Origin: an uncultured Chloroflexia bacterium
GTDB lineage: Bacteria; Chloroflexota; Anaerolineae; CG2-30-64-16
DNA length: 64,000 nt
NCBI GenBank assembly: GCA_963774265.1
Contig: CAVZDU010000001.1
Span: 736,001-800,000, forward strand
Reading direction: 5' to 3'
The position numbers were made by a program, and so were the translations under genes. Shown piece after piece: positions 11,583 to 22,521 of this stretch; position 1 is the stretch's first letter; each line of letters begins with the position of its first letter. Below the pieces are notes generated by a model that saw only the letters and a program-made list of their open reading frames with translations, did not search any database and was not told the origin of the DNA.

Positions 11583-12308
11583 CTATTGCGGTGTGAGCTT
11601 GTCGGTCACGAGGCTGGCCAGGAATGTGCGCACAGAACCGTCCATAAAGCTGACGGTGATGTTCATGTCCTTGCCCTCAGGTGCGATTTCGGTAATCTGC
11701 CCTGGCCCGAACCGTTGGTGGTAAACGTCCATTCCCTGGCGAAACGCCGGCGGCGGCCCGCTCGCTTTTCTCGCGGCCGGCGTCTGAGACGACAGATTCG
11801 CCTGGCGTTCGTACCACATCTCCGCATACACGTTCAACCGCTCCGGCACCGTAAGCTTGGGGGTGAACTCACCCGCCCGGCGCCGCGCCTGGCTGAGCAG
11901 GGGCATCAACACCTGCTTGCGTGTTTGGGGCACTCCGGTATTCTGGGCGAGCTGCGCGGTGGCGCGCGAAAGCGCCGACTCCAAACGACGCAGCGGATTG
12001 CAGGGTTCATCATCCGCATCGATGCTGACCAGGATCACCCCATGCTCCCTGCACACGGTTTCTCTCGCATCCTCGCGCTCTTGCTCCTGCTCCACCTCCA
12101 GGTCACTTTTCCGGCGTTTTTTCTCGCGACCTTCCAGGCCCACGAAGCGGATCGCCACATTGATATCGCGATAGAGGTAATCCAGCTTCAGCTTCCGGTT
12201 GGTGTCAGGGTTGATCAGCCATTCGGGAGAAACATTCAGCTCCGCATCGAAGCCTTCGAAAACCCGCGCCAGAACTTCGCGCCAGCCGTTGACAAGGTTG
12301 GGTTGCAT
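11583..12308 (-). CDS. Hypothetical protein: degenerate endonuclease-like N-terminus plus PcrA/UvrD C-terminal Tudor-like domain
   Basis: WLINPDTNRKLKLDYLYRDINVAIRFVG ... VCREHGVILVSI; C-terminal FRQGMDVYHQRFGPGQI...ITVSFMDGSVRTF. Start ATG 12308. Confidence 0.6.
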   Translation of the reverse strand: MQPNLVNGWREVLARVFEGFDAELNVSPEWLINPDTNRKLKLDYLYRDINVAIRFVGLEGREKKRRKSDLEVEQEQEREDARETVCREHGVILVSIDADDEPCNPLRRLESALSRATAQLAQNTGVPQTRKQVLMPLLSQARRRAGEFTPKLTVPERLNVYAEMWYERQANLSSQTPAARKASGPPPAFRQGMDVYHQRFGPGQITEIAPEGKDMNITVSFMDGSVRTFLASLVTDKLTPQ

Positions 12309-12375
12309 GGTTGACTCACTGTGAATGAAATGAACGTGCGCCCCCCGGAAAGGGTTAGCGCACGTTTTCACCGAC

Positions 12376-12404
12376 ATAATATCACGGGAGACAGGCTCTG
12401 TCAA
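12376..12404 (-). promoter_or_regulatory. Sigma70-type promoter for the 12308 gene
   Basis: TTGACA-17 nt-TATTAT with TG extension on the minus strand. Confidence 0.7.
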
Positions 12405-12486
12405 AGCACCCACACGTTCGGGGGCGACGACGGTGGGAGGCGAGTCCGTTTCGCGCTTGGGCCAATGGCGTGAATCGGGCAGCGCT

Positions 12487-12515
12487 TTGACACGCACGTG
12501 CGGGAGAAGTATCAT
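12487..12515 (+). promoter_or_regulatory. Sigma70-type promoter (divergent) for the 12578 gene
   Basis: TTGACA-17 nt-TATCAT. Confidence 0.7.
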
Positions 12516-12577
12516 CAGTGGGGATTAGTGCTCATCTGTTCAAACCTAACTCGCATCGCCACAATAGGAGGCAAAGA

Positions 12578-13003
12578 ATGGGGTTCATCTGGGATCTGCA
12601 CGCAATCTGGCGTTGGGTGATGTTGGCCGCGGGGGTGATTGTTGTTCTCAAGGCGCTGATAGGCTGGTTGGGCAGGCGGCCGTGGACCAGGCTGGATGAT
12701 CAGCTGGGGATGATCTACACGATGGTGGTCGACGTGCAGTTCCTCATTGGTTTGATCTTGTGGTTCGTTGGCCCGTTCAACTTCCGCCAACTTGCGAGCG
12801 CCATGGGCAACCCGTTGCTGCGCTTCTATTTGCTGGAGCACCCGATCCTGATGCTCGTGGCGCTGGCCCTGGCGCACATCGGGCGGGGCCGCTCACGCAC
12901 CGCGGGAGCGGATGTCAGGAAGCATCGCATCGCGTTCATCTTCTACGGATTGAGCTTCCTGGTCATCGCCCTGATCTTTGTCATGCGATTGAGTATCCGT
13001 TAA
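12578..13003 (+). CDS. Four-TM membrane protein of unknown function (His-containing, cytochrome-b-like hypothetical)
   Basis: SD AGGAGG then ATG 12578; LHAIWRW, DVQFLIGL, EHPILMLVALALAHIG; four hydrophobic segments. Confidence 0.65.
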   Translation: MGFIWDLHAIWRWVMLAAGVIVVLKALIGWLGRRPWTRLDDQLGMIYTMVVDVQFLIGLILWFVGPFNFRQLASAMGNPLLRFYLLEHPILMLVALALAHIGRGRSRTAGADVRKHRIAFIFYGLSFLVIALIFVMRLSIR

Positions 13004-13013
13004 GGCTTCGGCC

Positions 13014-13922
13014 ATGGCCTTTGAGAATTACTACATCTACTGCGTGGCACTGTGGCTGATCCGCCGCTTGCCACGCGGTTTTGTCTACTATCTCGTCGGC
13101 GCTGCGGCGGAACTCAATTTCCACTTCAACGGCATAGGGCGTCGCGGCATATATGACAACCTGGCCCACGTTCTGCCGCCCGACACGAGCAGCTTTGTAC
13201 GCTGGCGCTGCGCCCGCGCCGCATTCCGCCATTTCGCCTACTCAATCGTCGATATTTTCCTGATCCCCGGCCTGACCCTGGACAACCTGCAGGACTACGT
13301 TGCTGAAGTCAAGGGCTTCGAGCAGTTCAATGCGTGCCGTACGGCGGGTCGAGGCGGCATCATCGTAACCCTACACATGGGAAGCTGGGAGCTTGCAGGC
13401 GTCGCGCTCGGGCTGATGGGCGTGCCCATCACCGCGGCCGTCTTGAAGCACGCGGATCCGCGCATCGACGAGATTTTTTCCGAGGTGCGCGGGCGGGGCG
13501 GAATAGAAGAGGTGTCTCTCGGAGGCGCGCTCGCCAGGCTGGAGGACGCGGTGGCGCGCGGTCGCTTCATCGCGCTGCTGGCCGACCGGGATGTGAAGGG
13601 CACCGGGATGAGGACGGAGTTCTTCGGTGACACGACCACCGTTCCGACAGGCCACGCCAGGATCGCGCTCCGCACCGGTGCGTGGATCTTCCCGGTAGTC
13701 ACTTACCGCGCGCCCGATCACCGGATCATCATCGACATCCGGCCGCCCATCATCCCTGATCCCCAGGTGGACACAGAGGAGAGCCTGGTGGTGCGCTGCC
13801 TGCGCATTCTTGAGGATTTCATCCGCGAGCACCCGGAACAGTGGTCATCGTTCTTTAACCTGTGGAGCAGGACCGAGCTGCCGGTTTGGCAGCGATACAG
13901 GAAGAAAAAACAGAAAGGGTAG
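13014..13922 (+). CDS. Lysophospholipid/lipid acyltransferase (HtrB/PatA family)
   Basis: HMGSWE, LLADRD, EFFG...PTG, IREHPEQW motifs. Confidence 0.88.
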   Translation: MAFENYYIYCVALWLIRRLPRGFVYYLVGAAAELNFHFNGIGRRGIYDNLAHVLPPDTSSFVRWRCARAAFRHFAYSIVDIFLIPGLTLDNLQDYVAEVKGFEQFNACRTAGRGGIIVTLHMGSWELAGVALGLMGVPITAAVLKHADPRIDEIFSEVRGRGGIEEVSLGGALARLEDAVARGRFIALLADRDVKGTGMRTEFFGDTTTVPTGHARIALRTGAWIFPVVTYRAPDHRIIIDIRPPIIPDPQVDTEESLVVRCLRILEDFIREHPEQWSSFFNLWSRTELPVWQRYRKKKQKG

Positions 13923-13964
13923 GCCGCGCGAGCCGCTGCTCGCGCGAGCCGCGCGACCTGCGCC

Positions 13965-15337
13965 CTATCCGAGGTGTGCGCGCAACATCGCGATCTGGCC
14001 GGAGACGGCGGCTCGCGCCGTGCCGCCTGTCACCGCACGCTGCTCGACTGACTGCTCGAAATTCCACACTTCCCGCGTGCCAGACAGCCGCGCATCGATT
14101 CTGTGTAGTTCGGCTTGGGGCAGATCGCGCAGCGCACAACCCAGCTCTTCGGCGCGCTTGACCACCCGGCCCACGATGTGATGGCTCTCGCGGAACGGCA
14201 CGCCGCGGCGCACCAGCACATCGGCCAGGTCGGTCGCCAGCAGCTCATCGCCCAAAGCAGCGGCCATCCGGTCGGGCCGGATGGCCAGCGTCTGAACCAC
14301 GCCTCTGTGATGGGCAGGGCTAGCTTCAGCGTGTCGACTGCATCGAACAGCGGCTCTTTGTCCTCCTGCAGATCCTTGTCGTACGCGCTGGGCAGCCCCT
14401 TGAGCAACGTCAACATGCCGGTCAGCCCGCCCACCAGCCGGCCGGCCTTCCCGCGCAACAGTTCCAGTGCGTCTGGGTTCTTCTTTTGCGGCATCAGGCT
14501 GGAGCCGGTGCTGTAGGCGTCGGCCAGCATGACAAAACCGAACTCGCGGCTGCTCCACAGGATGAGGTCCTCGGCCAAGCGGCTGAGATGCACGCCGGTC
14601 AGCGCGGCCCAGAAGAGGAACTCAGCGACGAAATCGCGGTCGCTCACTGCGTCGAGGCTGTTAGGGCTGATCGCGGCAAAGCCCAGGTCAACGGCCAGTG
14701 CGGATCGATCGATGGGAAACGGGCAGCCGGCCAACGCACCGGAGCCCAGCGGCATCACGTCGACGCGCTTGAGCAGATCGGTCAGGCGCTCCCGGTCGCG
14801 CTGCCAGGCCCAGGCGTGGCTCAGCAGCCAGTGGCTCCAGCGGACGGGTTGCGCGGGCTGCACGTGGGTGTAGCCGGGCATCAGCACGTCGATCTCAGCT
14901 TCAGCCCGATTCGCGGCGGCAGCGATGAGCGCATCGAGTTCTTCCGCAAGCAATCCGGCTTCTGCCTTCAGCCACAGCCGCACGTCGGTCGCCACCTGGT
15001 CGTTGCGGCTGCGGCCCGTGTGCAGCTTGCCGGCGACGGGGCCGATGGTCTCGGTCAGCCGTCGCTCGACGTAGCTGTGGATGTCCTCGTCCCGGGCGCC
15101 CGCGAAGGCTGCCGAGGGTGCAGCCGCGATCTCCGCGCGGAGATTCGCCAACCCAGCGATGATCCGTTCGCGTTCTTCCTGCGTCAGCAAACCCGCCAGA
15201 TGAATCGCCTTCGCCCAGGCGACCGAGCCGGCGATATCGGCGTCCCACAGGCGCCAGTCGAACGGTAGCGACGCGTTGAAGCGTGTCATGAGCGGGTCGA
15301 TCTGGCCGGTGAAGCGGCCGCCCCAGAGTTGTGCCAC
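13965..15337 (-). CDS. argH: Argininosuccinate lyase (frameshift near 14300)
   Basis: LWGGRF, LHTGRSRNDQV, MPGYTH, STGSSLMPQKKNPD; C-terminus ATDLADVLVRRGVPFRESH in ORF 13965-14558. Confidence 0.95.
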
Positions 15338-15340
15338 GGT

Positions 15341-16300
15341 CTACTCCCACCGCTCGCGTCGTTGAGCGCGTCCATCTCTTCCGCGGAAAGCCGTACGCCT
15401 GCCGCGCCCAGGCTCTCGTTCAGTTGCTCGACTCTGTTTGCGCCGATGATGGGCGACGTGATGACGGGCTGTGAGAGGAGCCAGGCCAGGGCCGTCTGTG
15501 TGGGGGTGAGGTTGCGGTTGCGGGCCACCTCCTCGAGTTCGGCCAGGATTCCCCAGCCACGGTCGTTGAAGTAGCGACTGCGGATGCCTTCCAGGCGCGC
15601 GCCCTGCGTTTCGGCGCCGCGCTCGATACTTGCCGGTGAGGAAACCAGCGGCGAGCGGGCTGTAAGGGATCACGCCGATACCTTGCTCCTCGCACAGCGG
15701 CTTGAGTTCACGCTCGAACTCGGCGCGGTGGGCAAGGTTATAGTGAGGCTGGAGTGAGTCGTGTCGCGTCAAATTGTGCTTATCACTGGCCCATAGGGCG
15801 CTCGTGAGCCGCCAGGCGTGGATGTTGGACGCGCCGATGTAGCGCACCTTGCCTGCATCGATCATATCATCGAGTGCTCGCAGCGTCTCGTCGAGCGGCG
15901 TGTCACGGTCGTCGGAGTGCGTCTGGTACAGGTCGATGGTGTCCGTCTGCAGTCGACGGAGCGAATCCTCGACCGCGCGGATCAGGTGTCCGCGGCTCAA
16001 CCCCTCGCCGTTTGGGCCTTCCCACATGCGGCCGCGGGCCTTAGTCGCCAATACGATGCCTTGCCGGTTGCCGCGCGCCTTCATCCACCGGCCGATGATC
16101 TGCTCTGAGACACCGCCCGGATTGCCTTCGACCCAACGGCTGTACACATCGGCCGTGTCGATGAAGTTGCCACCGGCTTCGACGAATGCGTCCATCACCG
16201 CGAAGCTCATCGCCTCGTCGGCGGTCCAGCCCCACTGCATTGTGCCCAGGCATAATTCAGACACCTTCAGGCCTGTCCGTCCCAACCTTCGATAGTCCAT
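15341..16300 (-). CDS. Aldo/keto reductase (Tas/YajO-like), frameshifted near 15610
   Basis: [59 protein letters not shown]; tail ALAWLL...PIIGA in another frame. Confidence 0.9.
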   Translation of the reverse strand: MDYRRLGRTGLKVSELCLGTMQWGWTADEAMSFAVMDAFVEAGGNFIDTADVYSRWVEGNPGGVSEQIIGRWMKARGNRQGIVLATKARGRMWEGPNGEGLSRGHLIRAVEDSLRRLQTDTIDLYQTHSDDRDTPLDETLRALDDMIDAGKVRYIGASNIHAWRLTSALWASDKHNLTRHDSLQPHYNLAHRAEFERELKPLCEEQGIGVIPYSPLAAGFLTGKYRARRRNAGRAPGRHPQSLLQRPWLGNPGRTRGGGPQPQPHPHTDGPGLAPLTARHHVAHHRRKQSRATEREPGRGRRTAFRGRDGRAQRRERWE

Positions 16301-16340
16301 ACCGACACCCCTCTCAAATCCGTGCGGGTAGCCACCCGAT

Positions 16341-17540
16341 TCATGTACGATAGTGCCCGTTGATATCCACGTACGCATGGCTCAGGTCGCACGTCCATAC
16401 CGTGGCGCAACCTTCGCCGAGACCAAGAACGACTGAAACGGCGATTTCCGGACCGTTGAAGATGGCCGTCGCTTCTTCCTCGGCGTAGGCGAGTGGTCTG
16501 CCTTGGCCGACGAGCTGGACCCGGCCCGCGCTGGCGACCGCATTATCGGTGCCAGCCGCGATCCACAGGTCAGCTCGCATCGGGTCGACGTGCGCGCCGG
16601 AGTAGCCGACCGCGGCCAGGATGCGCCCCCAGTTGGCATCCCCACCGTAGATCGCGGTCTTCACCAGCGGCGAATTGGCCACGGCCTTGGCCGCAGCGCG
16701 TGCGTCCATTGCCGTCTCGGCGCCAGATATCCGGATCGTCACGAACTTCGTGGCGCCCTCGCCGTCACGCACGATCTGCTGGGCCAGGTCGGTGCACAGC
16801 TCAGTCAGCGCGGCAGAGAATACATCACCGTCCACCGTTCCCGCCGCGCCGTTCGCCAGGGCCAGCACGGTATCGTTGGTGCTCATGTCGCCGTCGATGC
16901 TGATGGAATTGAAGCTTCGATCTACGGCTGAGCGCAGCGCGGCATCCAGCGCGTTCGGCGACACGGCGGCATCGGTGACAATGACGCTGAGCATCGTGGC
17001 CATGTTCGGATGGATCATGCCCGCGCCCTTAGCCATGCCCCACAGCCGGGCGGCGCCGGCCTGCCGGTAGGCCACCTTGGGACGCGTGTCTGTGGTCATG
17101 ATCGCGGCTGCCGCAGCGTCAAATCCATCCACCGACAGCGCGCCCGCGGCAGCCCTTGCGCCCGCCGCGATGCGTTCCATCGGGAGTCGCGGCCCAATGA
17201 CGCCAGTGGACATCACTGCCACCGACCGGGCCGGCGTGCCGAACGCGGCCTCCGCAAGGCGCGCCATCTCCGCGGCGTCGGCCAATCCTTCCTCACCCGT
17301 ACATGCATTTGCGCAGCCGGAGTTGATGACCACGCCCTGCAGACCGGTGAGATTCCCGGCGAGCAACGCACGATCATAGAGCACTGGTGCGGCAGGAAAC
17401 GCGTTGCGCGTGAACATGCCCGCGGCCAAGCACGGTCGATCGCTGACGACCACCGCGAAATCGGCGGCACCGGTTCTCTTTATGCCGGCCGCAACACCCG
17501 CGAAGCGGTAACCTTGTGGGATGACGTTGACGTCGTTCAA
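16341..17540 (-). CDS. argJ: Ornithine acetyltransferase ArgJ
   Basis: [55 protein letters not shown]; TTG start after GGAGG. Confidence 0.95.
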   Translation of the reverse strand: MNDVNVIPQGYRFAGVAAGIKRTGAADFAVVVSDRPCLAAGMFTRNAFPAAPVLYDRALLAGNLTGLQGVVINSGCANACTGEEGLADAAEMARLAEAAFGTPARSVAVMSTGVIGPRLPMERIAAGARAAAGALSVDGFDAAAAAIMTTDTRPKVAYRQAGAARLWGMAKGAGMIHPNMATMLSVIVTDAAVSPNALDAALRSAVDRSFNSISIDGDMSTNDTVLALANGAAGTVDGDVFSAALTELCTDLAQQIVRDGEGATKFVTIRISGAETAMDARAAAKAVANSPLVKTAIYGGDANWGRILAAVGYSGAHVDPMRADLWIAAGTDNAVASAGRVQLVGQGRPLAYAEEEATAIFNGPEIAVSVVLGLGEGCATVWTCDLSHAYVDINGHYRT

Positions 17541-17568
17541 ATCAACCTCCGCCGTGCGCCTGACTGTT

Positions 17569-17612
17569 GTAGAGACGTTGCATGCTAGAGACGTTGCATG
17601 CAACGTCTCTAC
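17569..17612. repeat. REP-like palindrome GTAGAGACGTTGCATGCAACGTCTCTAC with a duplicated left arm
   Basis: GTAGAGACGTTGCATGC-TAGAGACGTTGCATGC-AACGTCTCTAC between argG and argJ; same family as 52439-52466. Confidence 0.88.
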
Positions 17613-17626
17613 AGGAATGGATGTGC

Positions 17627-18895
17627 CTAATCTCGCTTGAACGCCGAGTAATCCGGGCCAACGTGTTTGCTTCGCCCCGTGCCTTCGACGTCGAGCATGG
17701 CTGCAACCTTCATCGGCAGGCCGAACAGCTTGATGAAGCCCTCGGCATCCTTCTGATTGTACACATCCTCCTCGCCGAACGTGGCGTAATCCTCGCGGTA
17801 CAGGCTGTAGGGCGACTTCCGGCCCACGAGGGTGACGTTGCCCTTGTACAGCTTTAGTCGGGACGTGCCGGTGACATGCTTCTGAGTGACATCGACGAAC
17901 GCGTCCAGTGCTTGCCGAAGCGGGGTAAACCATTGCCCGTTGTACACCAGCTCCGCGTATTTGAGGGCGAACATCTGTTTGTATTGCAGGGTCTGCTTGT
18001 CGAGGCAGATCTGTTCCAGACCATCGTGCGCTTCGTAGAGGATCGTGCCGCCGGGTGTCTCGTAGACGCCGTGCGATTTCATGCCGACCAGCCGGTTCTC
18101 AACGATATCGGTGCGGCCTACCCCGTGGACGCCGCCGATTTGGTTCAGCTTCTCGATCAGCTTGATGGGCCCCATTGCTTCGCCGTTGATGCGCTTGGGG
18201 ACGCCCTCTTCGAAGTATATTTCGACGAACTCGGCCTGATCCGGTGCGCTCTCTGGGCTTTGCGTAAGTTGGAACATCTCCTCTTTCGGCTCGTTCCAGG
18301 GATCTTCCAGTCCACCGCCCTCATGGCTGAGGTGCCAGAGGTTGCGATCGCGGCTGTAGATCGACTTGATGGTGGCTGTTACGGGCACGTTGTGCTCGGC
18401 CGCATACTTGAGCGCGTCCTCACGGCTGCGGATGTGCCATTCGCGCCACGGCGCAATGATCTTCAGCTTGGGGTTCAGCGCCATGACGGTTAGCTCGAAT
18501 CGCACCTGGTCGTTGCCCTTGCCAGTGGCGCCGTGGGAGATTGCATCTGCGCCCTCCATCTCCGCGATTTCGACCATGCGTTTGGCGATCAGGGGACGCG
18601 CGAAGGAGGTGCCCAGCAGGTAATCCCGTTCATAAATCGCGCCCGCCTTGAGGGTGGGGTAGATATACTCGGTGATGAACTCCTCGCGCAGGTCCTCGAT
18701 GTAGAGTTTGCTTGCACCCGAGGCGAGCGCCTTAGCCTCCAGGCCCGAAAGCTCCTCTTCCTGTCCGAGGTTAGCGCAGAAACAGATCACCTCGCAGCCG
18801 TAGTTCTCCACGAGCCACGGCACGATGCACGATGTGTCAAGCCCGCCAGAATAGGCGAGCACGACCTTTGAAGCGGACTTCTTTGCAGCTGACAT
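17627..18895 (-). CDS. argG: Argininosuccinate synthase
   Basis: [57 protein letters not shown]. Confidence 0.97.
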   Translation of the reverse strand: MSAAKKSASKVVLAYSGGLDTSCIVPWLVENYGCEVICFCANLGQEEELSGLEAKALASGASKLYIEDLREEFITEYIYPTLKAGAIYERDYLLGTSFARPLIAKRMVEIAEMEGADAISHGATGKGNDQVRFELTVMALNPKLKIIAPWREWHIRSREDALKYAAEHNVPVTATIKSIYSRDRNLWHLSHEGGGLEDPWNEPKEEMFQLTQSPESAPDQAEFVEIYFEEGVPKRINGEAMGPIKLIEKLNQIGGVHGVGRTDIVENRLVGMKSHGVYETPGGTILYEAHDGLEQICLDKQTLQYKQMFALKYAELVYNGQWFTPLRQALDAFVDVTQKHVTGTSRLKLYKGNVTLVGRKSPYSLYREDYATFGEEDVYNQKDAEGFIKLFGLPMKVAAMLDVEGTGRSKHVGPDYSAFKRD

Positions 18896-18924
18896 TGTGT
18901 TTTTAGCTCCTCATGAAAGCGGTT

Positions 18925-19950
18925 TTACCGGGAAAGGTTGATGACGTCGCGCAGCATCGCTCCTGCGGTCGGGATAGGCCCACGCTCATCCACCTTGAGT
19001 TGTTGCAAACCCATGATGTCGGTGTCGAAAACAATGCCCATCTCCCAGCCCGACACGCCGGCGAGAAAATCTCCCATTGGAAGCCACTGCGGCTCAACCG
19101 ACAGCCGGTAGCCGTCCCCGGCTCGCTCAGCCGTCGCCACGAGTTTCACCACTTCCCCCCGGCTCGCCCCTTCCAGGATTTGTTCGGGCGTGATGTCCGT
19201 GATGCCGGTCACCGGGTGGACGTCCCGGAGCGTCGCAGGCATCCCCAAGATGCTGTTGGCGATGATCACCAGCTTGTTGGCCGTGTCCCACCCGCCTACA
19301 TCCAGGGTGGGATCTGCCTCCATGATGCCGTCGAGTTGCGCCTGCCTGAGCGCCTGGCTGTAGCTTCCACCCAGGCCCATGGCCGCGAGAATTGAGTTGC
19401 TGGTCGAATTGAAGATGCCGCGGACACTGCGGATGTCGCAGCCGACCAGGTCGCGCTGACCGATGTTGACGACTGGCAGCGCACCGCAGACGGTCGCGCT
19501 GTAAGCGAAACCAACGCCGGCTGATTGCGCTGCGGCGGTGAGATCGACGTAAGCATGAACCAGCGGCCCCTTGTTTGCCAGGACTACGCCCATACCCCGG
19601 CCAATGGCCGTGCGGACGCAGTCCAACCCGGGCTGGCCGGTCTTGAGATTGACGGGAGAGGCTTCAAGCACCAGATCGGCTGGGGCCCGCGCAATCACGT
19701 CGGGGCCCGATAATCCTGCTTCGCCGCCCTCGAACAGCCCCACGCCGCGGCCGCTCTGCTTGTGGCTGAGCAGCGCCGCGGGGTCAATGCCTGTTCCATC
19801 GATGAGGCCGCCCGAAGAGTCCGCAGCCGCGGTCAGGGCTAGCGATAGTCCGTAGCGCTCCCGCAGCAGCACTTCCTTGTCAATCATCAGCTGCAGAAAC
19901 GCTTTTCCAACATTTCCCAGCCCAATCAGCGCTAATTTCACCTGTCGCAT
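18925..19950 (-). CDS. Homoserine dehydrogenase-family protein (no ACT domain) inside the arg operon
   Basis: GLGNVG, ANKGPL, ATVCGALP, GIFNSTSN, EADPTLDVGGWDTANK. Confidence 0.85.
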   Translation of the reverse strand: MRQVKLALIGLGNVGKAFLQLMIDKEVLLRERYGLSLALTAAADSSGGLIDGTGIDPAALLSHKQSGRGVGLFEGGEAGLSGPDVIARAPADLVLEASPVNLKTGQPGLDCVRTAIGRGMGVVLANKGPLVHAYVDLTAAAQSAGVGFAYSATVCGALPVVNIGQRDLVGCDIRSVRGIFNSTSNSILAAMGLGGSYSQALRQAQLDGIMEADPTLDVGGWDTANKLVIIANSILGMPATLRDVHPVTGITDITPEQILEGASRGEVVKLVATAERAGDGYRLSVEPQWLPMGDFLAGVSGWEMGIVFDTDIMGLQQLKVDERGPIPTAGAMLRDVINLSR

Positions 19951-20007
19951 GTATGCCTCACTAGATGCCCAGCACTGAAGCCGCCGGGCGGTGGTTGGAC
20001 GACCGGA

Positions 20008-20550
20008 TTATGAACCCCAGGCATGCCTGGCGAAAGCAGGCCGCAGTGAGATGGCGCCCCGGGTTTCGGTCACCACGGCGGGTTCGCGCAGGTTAAGCAA
20101 CACGGCAATCTCATCGCATGCATCGAACTTCTGGCAGTAGATGCATTCCTGCCAGATCTTCGGGGTGATGGTCCAGCGATCTACGGTGGTGAACCCGCAC
20201 TTGTTGAAGAATTCCTCGCTGAGCGTGAGCGCACAGATGCGATCGTAGCCCGCATCGCGCGCCATCACAACCAGCACTTCGACCAGCCGCCGGCCTAGCC
20301 CCGTGCCGCGCGCCTCAGGTGCGACTGCCAACGAACGCAGCTCGGCGAGGCGGGGGGTCAGGGGCACGTTCGATCCGCACCCCACCACTTTGCTCCCCGC
20401 CTCGGCTACGATGAACCCAGGCAGCGCGCGCTTGATCTGTTCCTCAGTGCGGAAAAGCATCAGATTCTGAGCTGCGTAGCCGTTCACCACGCTGAGAATG
20501 CCGTCGATGTCGCTCTCTTTGGCAGTGCGTATTTTGATGTCCATGTCCAT
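20008..20550 (-). CDS. argA: Short GNAT N-acetylglutamate synthase (ArgA-like)
   Basis: AELRSLAV, RGTGLGRRLV, ALT...FFNKCGF, KIWQECIYCQKFDACDEIA; located in the arg operon. Confidence 0.82.
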   Translation of the reverse strand: MDMDIKIRTAKESDIDGILSVVNGYAAQNLMLFRTEEQIKRALPGFIVAEAGSKVVGCGSNVPLTPRLAELRSLAVAPEARGTGLGRRLVEVLVVMARDAGYDRICALTLSEEFFNKCGFTTVDRWTITPKIWQECIYCQKFDACDEIAVLLNLREPAVVTETRGAISLRPAFARHAWGS

Positions 20551-20561
20551 TCCCCGTTGTG

Positions 20562-21749
20562 TCATAGTTCGGCGAGGATCGCTGTCAGCCTCTCGATCAG
20601 CAGATCGATCTCTTCGCGGCTGATGGTCAGTGGCGGCACGAGCCGCAACGTGTTCGGTCCGGCATTGATGAGCAGCAACCCATGCTGGTAGCCCGCCTGA
20701 ATCACGTCGTTGGCTGGGATCGTAAGATCTGCGGCTACCATCAGCCCGACCCCCCGCACGTCGGTGATGCACGGCGAATTGATCTCTTGCAGCCGTTCCA
20801 AGAGGTATGCGCCCTTCTGTGCGACCTCGGTCAGGAATTCCGGTTGATTGACCAACTTCAGCACGGCATTAGCTACCGAGGCGACCAGCGGCGAGGCTGC
20901 GAAGGTGCTGCCGTGGTCGCCCGGATGCATGACATCCGCGACCGCCTGGGTCATCAAGACTGCGGCCATCGGTAGCCCACCGGCCAGCGGCTTTGCGGTG
21001 GTGAGAAGATCGGGCGTCACGCCATATTGCTGGTGCGCCCACAGCGTTCCTGTCCGCCCCAGGCCGCACTGCACCTCGTCGAAAATCAGCAGAGCATTGT
21101 GGGCATCGCAGAGGGCGCGCAGTTCTGCAAGGAAGGCCTGCGTGGCGGGATGGATGCCGCCCTCGCCCTGCACCGGCTCCACGATCACCGCGCACACGTC
21201 GTCATCAATGGCCTGTGCCGCGGCCTGCGGATCGTTGAATTCCGCAAAGCGAACACCGGGTAGGAGCGGCCGGAAGGGCGCCTGGTACTTCTCGCGCGGG
21301 GTGGCTGCCAGCGCACCAAAGGTGCGGCCATGGAACACGTTGGTGAACGCGACAATTGCGTGTTTTTGGGGGCCGAAACGATCGTGCGCCCACTTGCGGC
21401 TGAACTTGAATGCAGCTTCGTTTGCCTCCGCGCCCGAGTTGCAGAAGAAGACGCGCTCGGCGAAGCTGCTCGCGCACAGCGCGGCGGCCAGGTGGGCTTG
21501 CGGCGCGGTGTGATAGAGATTGGAGACGTGCCACAGCTTGCCCGCCTGCTCATTGAGAGCGGCGACGAGATCCGGGTGTGCGTGCCCCAGCGCGTTTACC
21601 GCGATGCCGGCAGCACAATCCAGGTAGCCGTTTCCCTCGGAGTCATACACCCAGGAGCCCTTCCCGTGGTCCAACACAAAGGGGGGGCGGGCATAGGTCT
21701 GGAGGACGAAGTTCTGTTCGAGGTCAATTGCTTCGTTTGTCGTAGTCAT
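20562..21749 (-). CDS. argD: Acetylornithine aminotransferase
   Basis: FFCNSGAEANEAA, FHGRT, EPVQGEGG, FDEVQCGLGRTG, AKPLAGG, HGSTF. Confidence 0.95.
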   Translation of the reverse strand: MTTTNEAIDLEQNFVLQTYARPPFVLDHGKGSWVYDSEGNGYLDCAAGIAVNALGHAHPDLVAALNEQAGKLWHVSNLYHTAPQAHLAAALCASSFAERVFFCNSGAEANEAAFKFSRKWAHDRFGPQKHAIVAFTNVFHGRTFGALAATPREKYQAPFRPLLPGVRFAEFNDPQAAAQAIDDDVCAVIVEPVQGEGGIHPATQAFLAELRALCDAHNALLIFDEVQCGLGRTGTLWAHQQYGVTPDLLTTAKPLAGGLPMAAVLMTQAVADVMHPGDHGSTFAASPLVASVANAVLKLVNQPEFLTEVAQKGAYLLERLQEINSPCITDVRGVGLMVAADLTIPANDVIQAGYQHGLLLINAGPNTLRLVPPLTISREEIDLLIERLTAILAEL

Positions 21750-21756
21750 CAGTATT

Positions 21757-22521
21757 CTATCCTTTGATGATAGCCGTGCCGCCGTCGTTCGCCAGCCCGG
21801 CCAGGTCCGTAATGACAGCCTGGTACACGCCGCTCAGCACTGCTTCGGTTGCAGAGCGCACTTTCGGGATCATGCCGCCGGTGATGTGACCGTCCGCGAT
21901 CAAGCCCTCGATCTGCTTGACGGTCAGCGCGCGCATCGTCCTGCCGGTTACCTGCACACCCGGTACGTTGCTGACGAACACCAGCCGCGCCGCCTCGACG
22001 GCTTTTGCGACCCCGGCGGCCACGTGGTCCGCATTGACGTTATATGCCAACCCATCCTCACCCAGCGAGACGGGCGAAATGACCGGGGTCACGCCGAGGT
22101 CGAGCACTTGCAGGAGCGCCTCGCCGTTCACATGTTGCACCGCACCCACCCGGCCCAGGCTGCGGCCGTTGACCGACAACGGCGTGACGCGCACCAGGCC
22201 CATGTCCACTCCTGAAAGGCCCACCGCATCCACACCACCGTTCACCAGGGAGCGCACCAGTCGCGTGTTGACGACCCCGTTCAGCACCATCTCCACTAGC
22301 CGCAGGCTTTCCTCCGACGTGGCGCGCAGCCCCTCGACGGTCTCGAAGCTCACTCCGAGCTGATCGTGAAGCGCCGCAATCTCCTTGCCCCCGCCGTGGA
22401 CGATGATGACAGCGTGGTCGACGAAGAGTCCCTTGACCGCCTGGACAAAGCCGAAGAGAAAGTCCTCATCCTCGACCTGGTTGCCGCCGATCTTGAGCAC
22501 CAGCACGCTCTTCTCGTTCAT
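21757..22521 (-). CDS. argB: Acetylglutamate kinase
   Basis: LKIGGN, VHGGG, GLRAT, NVNAD, GGMIPKV. Confidence 0.95.
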   Translation of the reverse strand: MNEKSVLVLKIGGNQVEDEDFLFGFVQAVKGLFVDHAVIIVHGGGKEIAALHDQLGVSFETVEGLRATSEESLRLVEMVLNGVVNTRLVRSLVNGGVDAVGLSGVDMGLVRVTPLSVNGRSLGRVGAVQHVNGEALLQVLDLGVTPVISPVSLGEDGLAYNVNADHVAAGVAKAVEAARLVFVSNVPGVQVTGRTMRALTVKQIEGLIADGHITGGMIPKVRSATEAVLSGVYQAVITDLAGLANDGGTAIIKG

